DNA from: Anaerolineae bacterium
GTDB taxonomy: Bacteria > Chloroflexota > Anaerolineae > Aggregatilineales > Phototrophicaceae
Assembly: GCA_025454495.1 (NCBI GenBank)
Contig: JALOOI010000001.1
Coordinates: 18,415 to 82,414, forward strand
Length of the DNA stretch: 64,000 nucleotides
Reading direction: 5' to 3'
In this document: positions 1-8,365 of the stretch, in pieces
Numbering within the stretch: position 1 is the first letter of the stretch
How the letters are laid out: each line of letters starts with the position of its first letter
Program-made: the position numbers and the translations under genes
The notes under the pieces: model-generated
The model's input: the letters and a program-made list of their open reading frames with translations, nothing else
Told to the model about the DNA's origin: nothing
Database searches by the model: none

Positions 1-204
1 CATACCGGGCGCGGCGCGGCCCTGCTGGCCGGCCGCGGGGCCGGGGTCATCGCGGCGTACCCGCCGGCCGCGGCCGGCCAGCCCCTCACCATGCCCGATG
101 CTGCCCGTCATGACTTTTACACCGGGCGCTATGCCCTGTTCCGCGAAACGTATACCCGTTTGCAGCCCATTATGCACCGCCTTAATCCCGGTGGCGGGGT
201 ATAA
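1..204 (+). CDS. 3' end of an unidentified upstream gene, truncated by the window edge (frame 1 reads ...DFYTGRYALFRETYTRLQPIMHRLNPGGGV*)
   Basis: Frame 1 is open from the window edge to TAA at 202-204 and looks protein-like. The ORF track omits it because it has no Met start. The listed ORF 98..325 is in another frame and looks spurious. Confidence 0.3.
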   Translation, partial: HTGRGAALLAGRGAGVIAAYPPAAAGQPLTMPDAARHDFYTGRYALFRETYTRLQPIMHRLNPGGGV

Positions 205-273
205 TGATCGGCAGGCCCGCGGCCCGCGCCGCCGGGCCGTGGATGCCGGATGGGCCATGCGGGAAAGGGCAAC

Positions 274-1323
274 ATGCCGCCAAAGCGCTATGAGTGGTTT
301 CTGCTGCCGGGGCTGGTGCTGGTGATCGGGGCCGGGGTGCTGCTGGGCAACCAGATGACCGCAGCGCCGGCGGCGGTGCTGGTCATCGCCGAAGTGACGG
401 CCACGCCCGGCGCGGTGCTGCCGCTGGCGACGGCCACGCCTGCGCCCACCCTCACCCCGGTGCCGCCCACGGCCACGCCGCTGCCCCCCACCGCGACACC
501 CACGCCGCCCCCCACCGCCACGCCGCCGCCGCCCACGCCGGTGATCCCGTTCCCGGCCAGCATCAACGGTGTGGCCAGCGCCGATATTATCGGGCTGCCG
601 CCCACCGTGCGCCGGCGCATCGCCATGCTGGCCGACCTGGGGCAGATTATGGGGCGCAATCCGCGGGCTTTTTCGCGCCTGGGGGATAGCGTCATTGAAA
701 ATCCGCACTTCCTGGCCCGCTTCGACGAAAGTGCCTACAACCTGGGGGATTATGCCTATCTTGCGCCGGTGATCGCCTATTACCAGGGGTCTTTTGGCCG
801 CCAGGGGGTGGCGGTGCGGCGCGGGCTGCATTCCTGGTCCGTGTTCGACCCGCTGTGGGCCGGCCAGGGCGATTGCTTCGCCAATGAAACGCTCATCGCC
901 TGTGAGCTGCGGCTGAATAACCCCTCCATCCTCTTTATTCGCCTGGGGTCGAATGATTTTGGCGTGCCGGACTCGTTTGATAAAGCCATGCGCCGCATCG
1001 TGGAATATGCCATGAACGCCGGCGTGATCCCCATTCTGTCCACCAAAGCGGATCGCTTTCGTGATCCTGACGATGTGAACAACACCATCATCCGGCAGAT
1101 TGCCGCCGACTACTGGCTGCCGCTGTGGGATTTTGACCGGGTGGCCGCCACCATCCCCGGCAAAGGCATCGGCAGCGATGGCGTGCACCTGACGACCTTC
1201 TTCGCCCACGATTACACGCAGCCGCAGGGTTTTCAGACCGGCTACGGACTGCAAAATTTATCCGCCTTGATGGCGCTGGAGGCTGTGTGGCAGGTGATCC
1301 AGCAGCACAGGAGCAACGGATGA
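274..1323 (+). CDS. Secreted or membrane-anchored SGNH/GDSL-family hydrolase with an N-terminal TM helix and a Pro/Thr-rich linker
   Basis: SGNH blocks are visible: GDSV (block I), LGSNDFG (block III, GxND), GSDGVHLT (block V, DxxH). I start at ATG 274 (GGAAAGGG 6 nt upstream) rather than 250. A hydrophobic N-terminus is followed by a PT-rich low-complexity linker. Confidence 0.7.
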   Translation: MPPKRYEWFLLPGLVLVIGAGVLLGNQMTAAPAAVLVIAEVTATPGAVLPLATATPAPTLTPVPPTATPLPPTATPTPPPTATPPPPTPVIPFPASINGVASADIIGLPPTVRRRIAMLADLGQIMGRNPRAFSRLGDSVIENPHFLARFDESAYNLGDYAYLAPVIAYYQGSFGRQGVAVRRGLHSWSVFDPLWAGQGDCFANETLIACELRLNNPSILFIRLGSNDFGVPDSFDKAMRRIVEYAMNAGVIPILSTKADRFRDPDDVNNTIIRQIAADYWLPLWDFDRVAATIPGKGIGSDGVHLTTFFAHDYTQPQGFQTGYGLQNLSALMALEAVWQVIQQHRSNG

Positions 1324-2192
1324 AACGATGGCGTGCCTGGCGCTGGCTGCTGCTGCCGGCGGCGCTGCTGGCGATCGTTCCGCTGGCGGCGCAGAGGATA
1401 CCGGAGGAGACGATGCCCGCACCCGGCGGCTTCACCACGGCGATCCTGCAATCGCTGGATCGCATTTATGCCACCGGCCAGGCCTACGGTCAGCGACCGG
1501 ACGTGTTCGCCAAAGTGGGCGACAGCATCACCGTGTCGCGGGCTTTTTTCGCGCCCTTCGGCGAAGGCGATTACAACCTGGCGGAATACAGCCCGCTTCA
1601 GCCGGTGATTGATTATTACAGCCGCAGCATCGCCCGCACCGGCAATTCCTTCGTCAACGAATCGCTGGCCGCCGGGGTGGGCTGGTCGGCCAGCGCCGCG
1701 CTGGACCCGGCCATGGGCGATACCGCGCTGTGTGCCGGCGAGCTGCCGCTGCTGTGCGAATATCGGCTCACCCGCCCGGCGGTGGCGCTCATCATGTTTG
1801 GCACCAACGATGTGGGCTATGTCGATCCGCAGCTTTACCGGCGCAATATGGAGCGCATCGTCAGCCTGTCCATCGACCAGGGGGTGATTCCCATCCTCAG
1901 CACCATTCCGGTACGGGCCGGGCTGGAAGGCAAAAGCGCCCTGTACAATGCCATCCTGGTGGATATTACCGCCGAAGCACAGCTTCCGCTGTGGGATTAC
2001 GCCACCGCCATGCAGGCGCTGCCGGGGGCGGGACTGGGCAGCGATGGCGTGCATCCATCCGCGCCCTCGTGGAATTACCGGGCCACGGCCGATTTTAGCC
2101 CGGCCCTGCTGCGCTATGGCTACACCCTGCGCAACCTGACCGGGCTGCAAATGCTGTACCGGCTGTGGGACTATTTGCAGAGCAAACAGTGA
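1320..2192 (+). CDS. SGNH/GDSL-family hydrolase, tandem paralog of the preceding gene
   Basis: GDSIT, GTNDVG and GSDGVHPS blocks are co-linear with the upstream gene. ATG 1320 overlaps the upstream stop (ATGA), and a signal-like N-terminus follows. Confidence 0.7.
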   Translation: MKRWRAWRWLLLPAALLAIVPLAAQRIPEETMPAPGGFTTAILQSLDRIYATGQAYGQRPDVFAKVGDSITVSRAFFAPFGEGDYNLAEYSPLQPVIDYYSRSIARTGNSFVNESLAAGVGWSASAALDPAMGDTALCAGELPLLCEYRLTRPAVALIMFGTNDVGYVDPQLYRRNMERIVSLSIDQGVIPILSTIPVRAGLEGKSALYNAILVDITAEAQLPLWDYATAMQALPGAGLGSDGVHPSAPSWNYRATADFSPALLRYGYTLRNLTGLQMLYRLWDYLQSKQ

Positions 2193-2198
2193 CGCGGC

Positions 2199-3680
2199 TC
2201 AGCGCGTTTCCACCCCGGCGATCACCCGGAAGCCGATGGAGGCATAACGGGCGTTGGGCTTGAGGGACAGGCGCTGTGTGGTGCGAATGCGCTTGAACGG
2301 GCTGGAATAGGAGCCGCCGCGGATGATGCGTTCCGGCTGTTCGCCCTCGGCCAGTTTTTGCGCCGGGGTGCGGGCGGTGGCGCACCATTCCCAGATATTC
2401 CCGGCTAAATCCAGCACGCCGAAGGGGCTGGCCCCCTTCACAAAGCGCGTGACCGGCGTGGTGCGGCGGATTTTGCTATCGGCACAGTTGCACAGCAGCT
2501 TATCAAAGCGGTTGCCCCAGGGATACTGCCGCCCGTCATCGCCCTGGGCCGCCCGCTGCCACTCTGCGTCGGTCGGCAGGCCAATCTTCAGCCCGGTGCG
2601 GTCGCTCAGCCAGTTGCAAAACGCCTGCGCCTCGTACCACGACACATTTACCCGCGGATGATCGCCATAGGCCACGCGGTCTTTCAGCGCCTGGGGGTGG
2701 TAGCTGCGCCATTCACAGGCTTCTGTGGCGAAATCCCACCAGCGGGTATCGCAGTAGCCATCCGGCGCATCCACAAACATTTTAAACTGGGCATTGGTGA
2801 TGGGGTATTTGCTCATCTGGAACGCGGCCACATAGTGCGTCACCCGGCGCTGTTCATATTCCAGCGTCACTTCGCCGGCCGGAATCTGGCACCAGTCCAG
2901 CATGGGGATGAGCAGCCGCGCACACAGTCCGGCGATATTGTCCGGGTCATAATCCGGGTAGCGCTGGCGAAAGGACTGGAAGGCCATGCAGCCCAGGTCG
3001 CGCATTTTGGGGCTTTTCACCAGCGCCTGAATGGAACCATAGGAGCGAATGGCATCGCGCTGGTAAATGTGCTTTTCCAGCAGCCTTTCCACGTGGCGCA
3101 GCATTCGCTCCAGGCTGATGAAATCATCGCTGATCTTTTCTTCGATGGCCCGGCGCAGCAGAAACGCGGCAGCATCGTAATCGCCACGGTCGATCAAGGC
3201 GGTGGCGCGGAGGATAACATTATCCTGCGAGACCGTGGGCACCGTGTCATCTTCGTATACGTCCGGTTCATCGTCCCCGTTGAGCGGCCGCCCGCCGAAA
3301 AAGCTGCGTTCCGCCAGGGTGATGGCGTTCAGCAGTTCGCGCACGGCCTGCACCGTGATCCCTTTGCTAAAATCCACATACTGAATCTGGTTTAGCTCCG
3401 GCGACAGTTCACACGGCACAATCAACACCGGGAAGATGATTTTGCGGGCCGCCACCGCCCGCCGGTATTCTTTCTGGCAGTATTCGGATTTGAGCGAATC
3501 GGGCGAGAGCAGATACACAAAGCCTTCACTGTGGGCAATTTCACGGCAAATCTCGTTCCACCAGTTGCTGCCCACATACACGCGCTGGTCATACCACACA
3601 TCATGAGCATCTGCCAGCAGTTCAATCAGTTGCGTACAAAAGCCCTGGTCAACCCGTGCGTAACTGATGAAAAGTTTCAT
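2199..3680 (-). CDS. TIR domain protein fused to a C-terminal FGE-sulfatase (SUMF1 / formylglycine-generating-enzyme-like) domain
   Basis: The N-terminus reads KLFISYARVD...SPDSLKSEYCQKEY (a TIR_2-like FxSY start plus the S..S..C..E region that carries the conserved glutamate). The C-terminus reads RVNVSWYEAQAFCNWLS...GLPTDAEWQRAA...GNIWEWC...RGGSY...IGFRV, typical of the FGE-sulfatase fold. I start at internal Met MKLFISY (3680), not the ORF start 3728. Confidence 0.75.
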   Translation of the reverse strand: MKLFISYARVDQGFCTQLIELLADAHDVWYDQRVYVGSNWWNEICREIAHSEGFVYLLSPDSLKSEYCQKEYRRAVAARKIIFPVLIVPCELSPELNQIQYVDFSKGITVQAVRELLNAITLAERSFFGGRPLNGDDEPDVYEDDTVPTVSQDNVILRATALIDRGDYDAAAFLLRRAIEEKISDDFISLERMLRHVERLLEKHIYQRDAIRSYGSIQALVKSPKMRDLGCMAFQSFRQRYPDYDPDNIAGLCARLLIPMLDWCQIPAGEVTLEYEQRRVTHYVAAFQMSKYPITNAQFKMFVDAPDGYCDTRWWDFATEACEWRSYHPQALKDRVAYGDHPRVNVSWYEAQAFCNWLSDRTGLKIGLPTDAEWQRAAQGDDGRQYPWGNRFDKLLCNCADSKIRRTTPVTRFVKGASPFGVLDLAGNIWEWCATARTPAQKLAEGEQPERIIRGGSYSSPFKRIRTTQRLSLKPNARYASIGFRVIAGVETR

Positions 3681-3848
3681 AAGGTAATCCCTGCCGATAT
3701 ATCGCTGTGATATAGACCAGTATAGCACCGAACCGAAAGTATGCCGGCGGGTGCGGGTGGCCGGGGGATGATATTACGGGATTGTATGATCTGCGCCTCT
3801 CTGGTAGTCTGCGGCGAAATTCAGGCACCGCAGCCAGGGAGACCACCT

Positions 3849-4442
3849 GTGAGCAGCATCGAACTGACCACCGACCGTTTAATCATCCGGGAATACGGGC
3901 TGGCCGACCTGGAAGGGCGGCACCGGCTGATGCAGGAAGCCTTCGACAGCGACGATACGCCGGCGCAAACACAGCACTGGCTGGCGTGGACGATGGCCGG
4001 CTACACCGAACAGGCGCGGCTGTACCAGCCCCCGTATGGCGATTATGCTGTGGCCCGGCGCGATACGGGCCAGGTGGTGGGCACGGTGGGGCTGGTGCCT
4101 TCGCTCATCCCGTGGGGGGTGCTGCCCGAATTCCGGCGGATTGATGAAGGTGAAAATCATCTGGTGGTGCCGGAACCGGGTTTGTTCTGGGCCGTGCACA
4201 CCGCCCACCGGGGCTGTGGCTATGCCGCCGAAGCGGCCGCGGCGCTGGCGCAGTGGCTGTTTACCCGGCTGTACTTCCGGCGGGTGGTGGCCACCACGGC
4301 GGCGACCAACAGCGCCTCGCAGCGGGTGATGGCAAAACTGGGCATGGCGCTGTATCGCAATCCGGGAACAAAACCGGCCTGGTTCCAGGTGGTGGGGGTG
4401 TTGAACCATCCGGCCGAGCAGAACGTGTTTTACCACCGATGA
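3849..4442 (+). CDS. GNAT family N-acetyltransferase (RimJ/RimL-like)
   Basis: Acetyltransf_3-like profile (LIIREY...WAV...RGCGYAAEAAAAL). GTG start 3849 lies 7 nt after GGAG. Confidence 0.6.
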   Translation: MSSIELTTDRLIIREYGLADLEGRHRLMQEAFDSDDTPAQTQHWLAWTMAGYTEQARLYQPPYGDYAVARRDTGQVVGTVGLVPSLIPWGVLPEFRRIDEGENHLVVPEPGLFWAVHTAHRGCGYAAEAAAALAQWLFTRLYFRRVVATTAATNSASQRVMAKLGMALYRNPGTKPAWFQVVGVLNHPAEQNVFYHR

Positions 4443-5626
4443 TCGCGCGGCTGCGGGGCCCGGCCGGGCGGGCGCTGGCAGGCCGCCTGTGGCGGGGGCG
4501 CGGGTGGGCGGCCCGCCTGCTGCTGCTGCTGTGGCTGCTCAGCCTCATTCACCCTGCGCCGCCCCGCGCCATGCTGGAGGACCCGCAGACGGTCAGCACC
4601 ATGCAGCCGCTGCTGTGCGTGCATACCCGCTTCACCGATGAGGTGCATGAGTGGATCATCCAGCGATCCATGCAGCTTGTGCGCGAGATGGGCGCGGATA
4701 CCATCGTGGAATTTTTCCCCTGGGCCTATTTTGAGCCGCAGCCGGGCGCTTATCGCTGGGAGCGGGTGGATCTGGTCATGCGGCACGCCCGCAACCAGGG
4801 CTTAAAAGTGCTGGCCCGCATGGGCTTCGTGCCGGAGTGGGCCCGCCCGCCGGGGACGACGTTTAACGATCTGCCGGAGTCCTCTTATCCGGCCTTTGCG
4901 CGATTTGTGGCCGCCTTTGCCGCCCGCTACCCGGATGTGGTGCCGGGGGTGATCCTGTGGAATGAGCCAAACCTGGCGTTTGAATGGGGGTTTCGTCCGG
5001 TGGATGCGGCGGCCTACACCCGGCTGTTGCAGGTGGTGTATCCGGCGGTGCAGGCGGCCAGCCCCACGACGCTGGTGCTGGCCGGGGCGCTGGCCCCCAC
5101 GCTGGAGCCGCCCGGCAGCCCGGCCGGCCTCAACGATCTGCTGTATCTGGAAGCCATGTACCAGGCCGGGGCCGCCCCCTATTTTGACGCGCTGGCGGTG
5201 CATACCTATGGCTTTACACAGCCGCCGGCGGCCGACCCCGCGCCCGACGTGCTCAATTTTCGCCGGGTGGAACTGCTGCATGATGTGCTGCGGCGCTACG
5301 ATGACCCGGCCAAACCCGTCTACATCACCGAAAGCGGCTGGAACGATCATCCGCGCTGGACGAAAGCCGTGCGGCCCTCGCAGCGGGTGCAGTATACTGT
5401 GGATAGCTACCGCCTGGCCGCCGCCCGCTGGCCCTGGCTGGAAAAATTGTGCCTGTGGGCGTTTCGCTATCCACGCTTCACCTACAGCTACCCGGATAAT
5501 TTTATGATTGTGTCGGTGGGCTTTGAGCGCACGCCGCTGTATGAGGCGCTGCGGGCCCTGTCCCGCGGTACCGTGCTGGAGACGCAGTTATGGCTGCCCG
5601 CGCCCGCGCCCGCTGCTGGCCGTTGA
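4439..5626 (+). CDS. Glycoside hydrolase, clan GH-A (GH5/GH39-like), with an N-terminal signal/TM
   Basis: WNEPN (acid/base NEP motif) and ITESGW (nucleophile Glu) are present. ATG 4439 overlaps the GNAT stop (ATGA). The hydrophobic segment is LLLLLWLLSL. Confidence 0.65.
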   Translation: MIARLRGPAGRALAGRLWRGRGWAARLLLLLWLLSLIHPAPPRAMLEDPQTVSTMQPLLCVHTRFTDEVHEWIIQRSMQLVREMGADTIVEFFPWAYFEPQPGAYRWERVDLVMRHARNQGLKVLARMGFVPEWARPPGTTFNDLPESSYPAFARFVAAFAARYPDVVPGVILWNEPNLAFEWGFRPVDAAAYTRLLQVVYPAVQAASPTTLVLAGALAPTLEPPGSPAGLNDLLYLEAMYQAGAAPYFDALAVHTYGFTQPPAADPAPDVLNFRRVELLHDVLRRYDDPAKPVYITESGWNDHPRWTKAVRPSQRVQYTVDSYRLAAARWPWLEKLCLWAFRYPRFTYSYPDNFMIVSVGFERTPLYEALRALSRGTVLETQLWLPAPAPAAGR

Positions 5627-6378
5627 TCGCGCTGGGGGTGGCGGGGCTGCTGCTGGCGGCCGGGCTGGCCGCGCCGCAGCTTACGCCCGCGCTGCCGCCG
5701 GCGGTGGCCTTCCCGGCGGGCGTGCTGCGCGTGGGGGTGGATGCCAGTTTTCCCCCGTTTGCGCTGGATGAGGGGGGGACGCTGGCGGGCGTGGATATAG
5801 ACCTGGGGCAGGCTATCGCGGCCTATCACGGGCTGCCGGTGCGCTTTGTGCCCATCAGCTTTGATGCGCTCTACGATGCGCTGCTCACCGATCAGGTCGA
5901 TGTGTTGATTTCGGCGCTGCTGGTGAACCCGCTGCGGACGCAGGACGTGCGCTATACCCGCCCCTATTTTGATAATGGGCTGCGCCTGGTCAGCCCGGCG
6001 GCGGCCCCGCTGCCGGGCATGGCCGCGCTGCCGGGGCTGCGGCTGGCCTATGAATTTGGCGGCACCGCTGACAATGAAGCGCGGGCCTGGCTGCGCCGGG
6101 TGGACGATTTCGCCCTGCGACCCTATGAACTGCCACAGATTGCGCTGGATGCGCTGCGCGTTGGCGCGGCAGATGCCGCCCTGGTGGATGCCACCACGCT
6201 GGCCCTGTATCTGCGCCAGCAGCCGGGCTGGCCGGTGCAGGCGGTGCCGGTGACGCACGTCTTTTACGCGGCCGCCGTCCGGCTGGATCGCCCGGCGACG
6301 TTTGCCGCGGTGGATGGGGCGCTGGCCGCCCTGGCCGCCGATGGCACCCTGGCCCACATTTTGCGAAAGTGGTTGTGA
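5590..6378 (+). CDS. Solute-binding protein, family 3 (amino-acid ABC-type periplasmic binding domain), orphan
   Basis: Signal peptide plus an SBP_bac_3-like sequence. I see no adjacent permease or ATPase. Its start overlaps the glycoside-hydrolase 3' end. Confidence 0.55.
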   Translation: MAARARARCWPLIALGVAGLLLAAGLAAPQLTPALPPAVAFPAGVLRVGVDASFPPFALDEGGTLAGVDIDLGQAIAAYHGLPVRFVPISFDALYDALLTDQVDVLISALLVNPLRTQDVRYTRPYFDNGLRLVSPAAAPLPGMAALPGLRLAYEFGGTADNEARAWLRRVDDFALRPYELPQIALDALRVGAADAALVDATTLALYLRQQPGWPVQAVPVTHVFYAAAVRLDRPATFAAVDGALAALAADGTLAHILRKWL

Positions 6379-6380
6379 AG

Positions 6381-7493
6381 ATGGCGCATATCGGCATGGA
6401 TGTCCGGCTGACGTATTATCGCACCGGCGGCATCAGCAGCTATATTCGGGGGCTGGTGGGGGCGCTGGCGGCGCTGCCGGCCGCCAGCCCGCACCGCTGG
6501 ACGTTGTTCCACAGCCGTAAAGATGCCACCCGCCTGTCAGACCAGATGGCAGCGGCGGCGCTGTGGACTCCCGCGCATCATCGCTGGGAGCGCCTGGCGC
6601 TCGCGGTGGAACTGGCGCGGCACCGGCTGGACGTGCTGCACAGCCCGGATTTTATCCCGCCGTACCGCGGGGCCCGGCGGCACGTCATCACCGTGCATGA
6701 CCTGACCTTCCTGCATTATCCACAGTATCTCACGGCGGACAGCCGCCGCTATTACAACGCGCAGATTGCCGCGGCCGTGCGCCAGGCCGATCACATCCTG
6801 GCCGTCAGCGAAGCCACCCGGCAGGATTTGCTGGCGCTGCTGCACGTGCCGCCGGCGAAGATCACCGTCCAGCCGCACGGTGTCGGTGAGCAGTATCGCC
6901 CGCTGCCGGCCGCCGCCACGGAGCCGGCGCGGCAACACCTGGCGCTGCCGTCGCGCTATTTTTTGCATGTGGGCACCTGGGAGCCGCGCAAGAATATTCT
7001 GGGGCTGCTGCGGGCCTATGGCCGCCTGCTGCAAACCGTGCCGGACGCGCCGCCGCTGGTGCTGGCCGGCCAGCCTGGCTGGCTGTTCGAGGAAACGCAG
7101 GCCGGGGCGGCGGCGCTCCGGCTGCCGCCGGGTGCCGTCGTGTGGTGCGACCAGGTGACGGATGCGCTGCTGCCGGCCGTGTATAACCGGGCCGTGGCGC
7201 TGGTGTCGCCTTCGTTTTATGAAGGCTTCGGGATGCCCGCGCTGGAAGCCATGGCCTGCGGGGTGGTGCCCATCGTCAGCCATACGTCGTCGCTGCCGGA
7301 GGTGGTGGGGGAGGTGGGCCTGCTGATTGACCCGCAGGATGACGACAGCCTGACCGCGGCGTTGCAGCGCGTGCTGACCGATGATGACTGGCGCGACCGG
7401 CAGCAGCAGGCCGCCCGGCAGCGGGCGCAGCAGTTCACCTGGGCCCGGTCGGCCCGCATTGCGCTTCAGGTGTATGAGCAGGTGCTGGCTTAG
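6381..7493 (+). CDS. Glycosyltransferase family 4 (GT-B, Glycos_transf_1)
   Basis: The C-terminal EGFGMP...E motif region is typical of GT4. The start could be GTG 6369 or ATG 6381. Confidence 0.75.
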   Translation: MAHIGMDVRLTYYRTGGISSYIRGLVGALAALPAASPHRWTLFHSRKDATRLSDQMAAAALWTPAHHRWERLALAVELARHRLDVLHSPDFIPPYRGARRHVITVHDLTFLHYPQYLTADSRRYYNAQIAAAVRQADHILAVSEATRQDLLALLHVPPAKITVQPHGVGEQYRPLPAAATEPARQHLALPSRYFLHVGTWEPRKNILGLLRAYGRLLQTVPDAPPLVLAGQPGWLFEETQAGAAALRLPPGAVVWCDQVTDALLPAVYNRAVALVSPSFYEGFGMPALEAMACGVVPIVSHTSSLPEVVGEVGLLIDPQDDDSLTAALQRVLTDDDWRDRQQQAARQRAQQFTWARSARIALQVYEQVLA

Positions 7494-8362
7494 CGCCCGT
7501 CGTGGCTGGAATCGGGGTCGCGCAGTTCGTCCGATTCCTGCAAATTATCGTCCATCGCATCGTTAATTTCGCCGGCTGCCGGCCCCGGCGGGTGAAAGAC
7601 CACCGGGCGCGACGCGAACTGGCTTTCTGGCGCGGGGCGGCTAAAACGATCATCGCCGGCGGCCGCGGCGGTGCTGCGCGGCAGCCGGCACAGGAAGCGC
7701 GAGCCTTCGCCGGGTGTGCTGCTCACGCTGATGTCGCCGCCGTGCCGTTCCAGGACGGCTTTCACGATGGCCAGGCCCAGCCCGCTGCCTTCGATGCTGT
7801 CGCCGCCGCGCCGTTTGACGCGGTAAAAATGATCGAAAATATGCGGCAGGTCTTTCGCGTCGATGCCGATGCCGGTATCGCGCACTTCCACCACAATCTG
7901 CGTTCCCTCCGGGCGGGCGCTGACGTAAACCGCGCCGCCTTCGCGGTTGTATTTGATGGCGTTGCTGAGCAAATTGGTAAAAACGTGGCTCAGCATTCGG
8001 GCATCGCCCTGCACCGGGCTGAGGTCAGCCGGCAGGTCAACATGCAGGCTGATGTGGCGGCGGCGGGCCAGTTCTTCCAGCAGCAGCACGGCATCCTCAA
8101 TCAGGGTGGCCAGCGGGCAGTCCGTGATGTGCAGCGCTTTTTCGGCCCCCAGGCGGGCGTAATCCAGCAGTTCATTGATGATGTTTTCCATGCGGCCCAG
8201 CGCCATCAAGGACCGATTGAGCAGCACGCGCTGGCGCTCATTCAGCTCGCCGGAATGCTCCATCAGGTCAATAAAGCTTTTCGCCGCTGCCAGAGGGGTC
8301 TTCAGGTCATGGGCGAAGGTATTGAACAGATCAAAATCGTGGCTGGCATCGGTTCCGAACAC
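7490..8362 (-). CDS. Cytoplasmic sensor histidine kinase (HisKA + HATPase_c) with no recognisable sensor domain or TM
   Basis: H-box FAHDLKTPL, N-box NLLSNAIKY, G1 DTGIGI, G2 GSGLGLAIV. It converges on the GT4 gene with a 4-nt overlap. Confidence 0.8.
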   Translation of the reverse strand: MFGTDASHDFDLFNTFAHDLKTPLAAAKSFIDLMEHSGELNERQRVLLNRSLMALGRMENIINELLDYARLGAEKALHITDCPLATLIEDAVLLLEELARRRHISLHVDLPADLSPVQGDARMLSHVFTNLLSNAIKYNREGGAVYVSARPEGTQIVVEVRDTGIGIDAKDLPHIFDHFYRVKRRGGDSIEGSGLGLAIVKAVLERHGGDISVSSTPGEGSRFLCRLPRSTAAAAGDDRFSRPAPESQFASRPVVFHPPGPAAGEINDAMDDNLQESDELRDPDSSHDGR

Positions 8363-8365
8363 GCC

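Noticed and set aside
98-325. 75-aa ORF at the window start
   Set aside because: It is out of frame with the more protein-like frame-1 reading that runs from the window edge to TAA at 204, and it overlaps the better SGNH start at 274.
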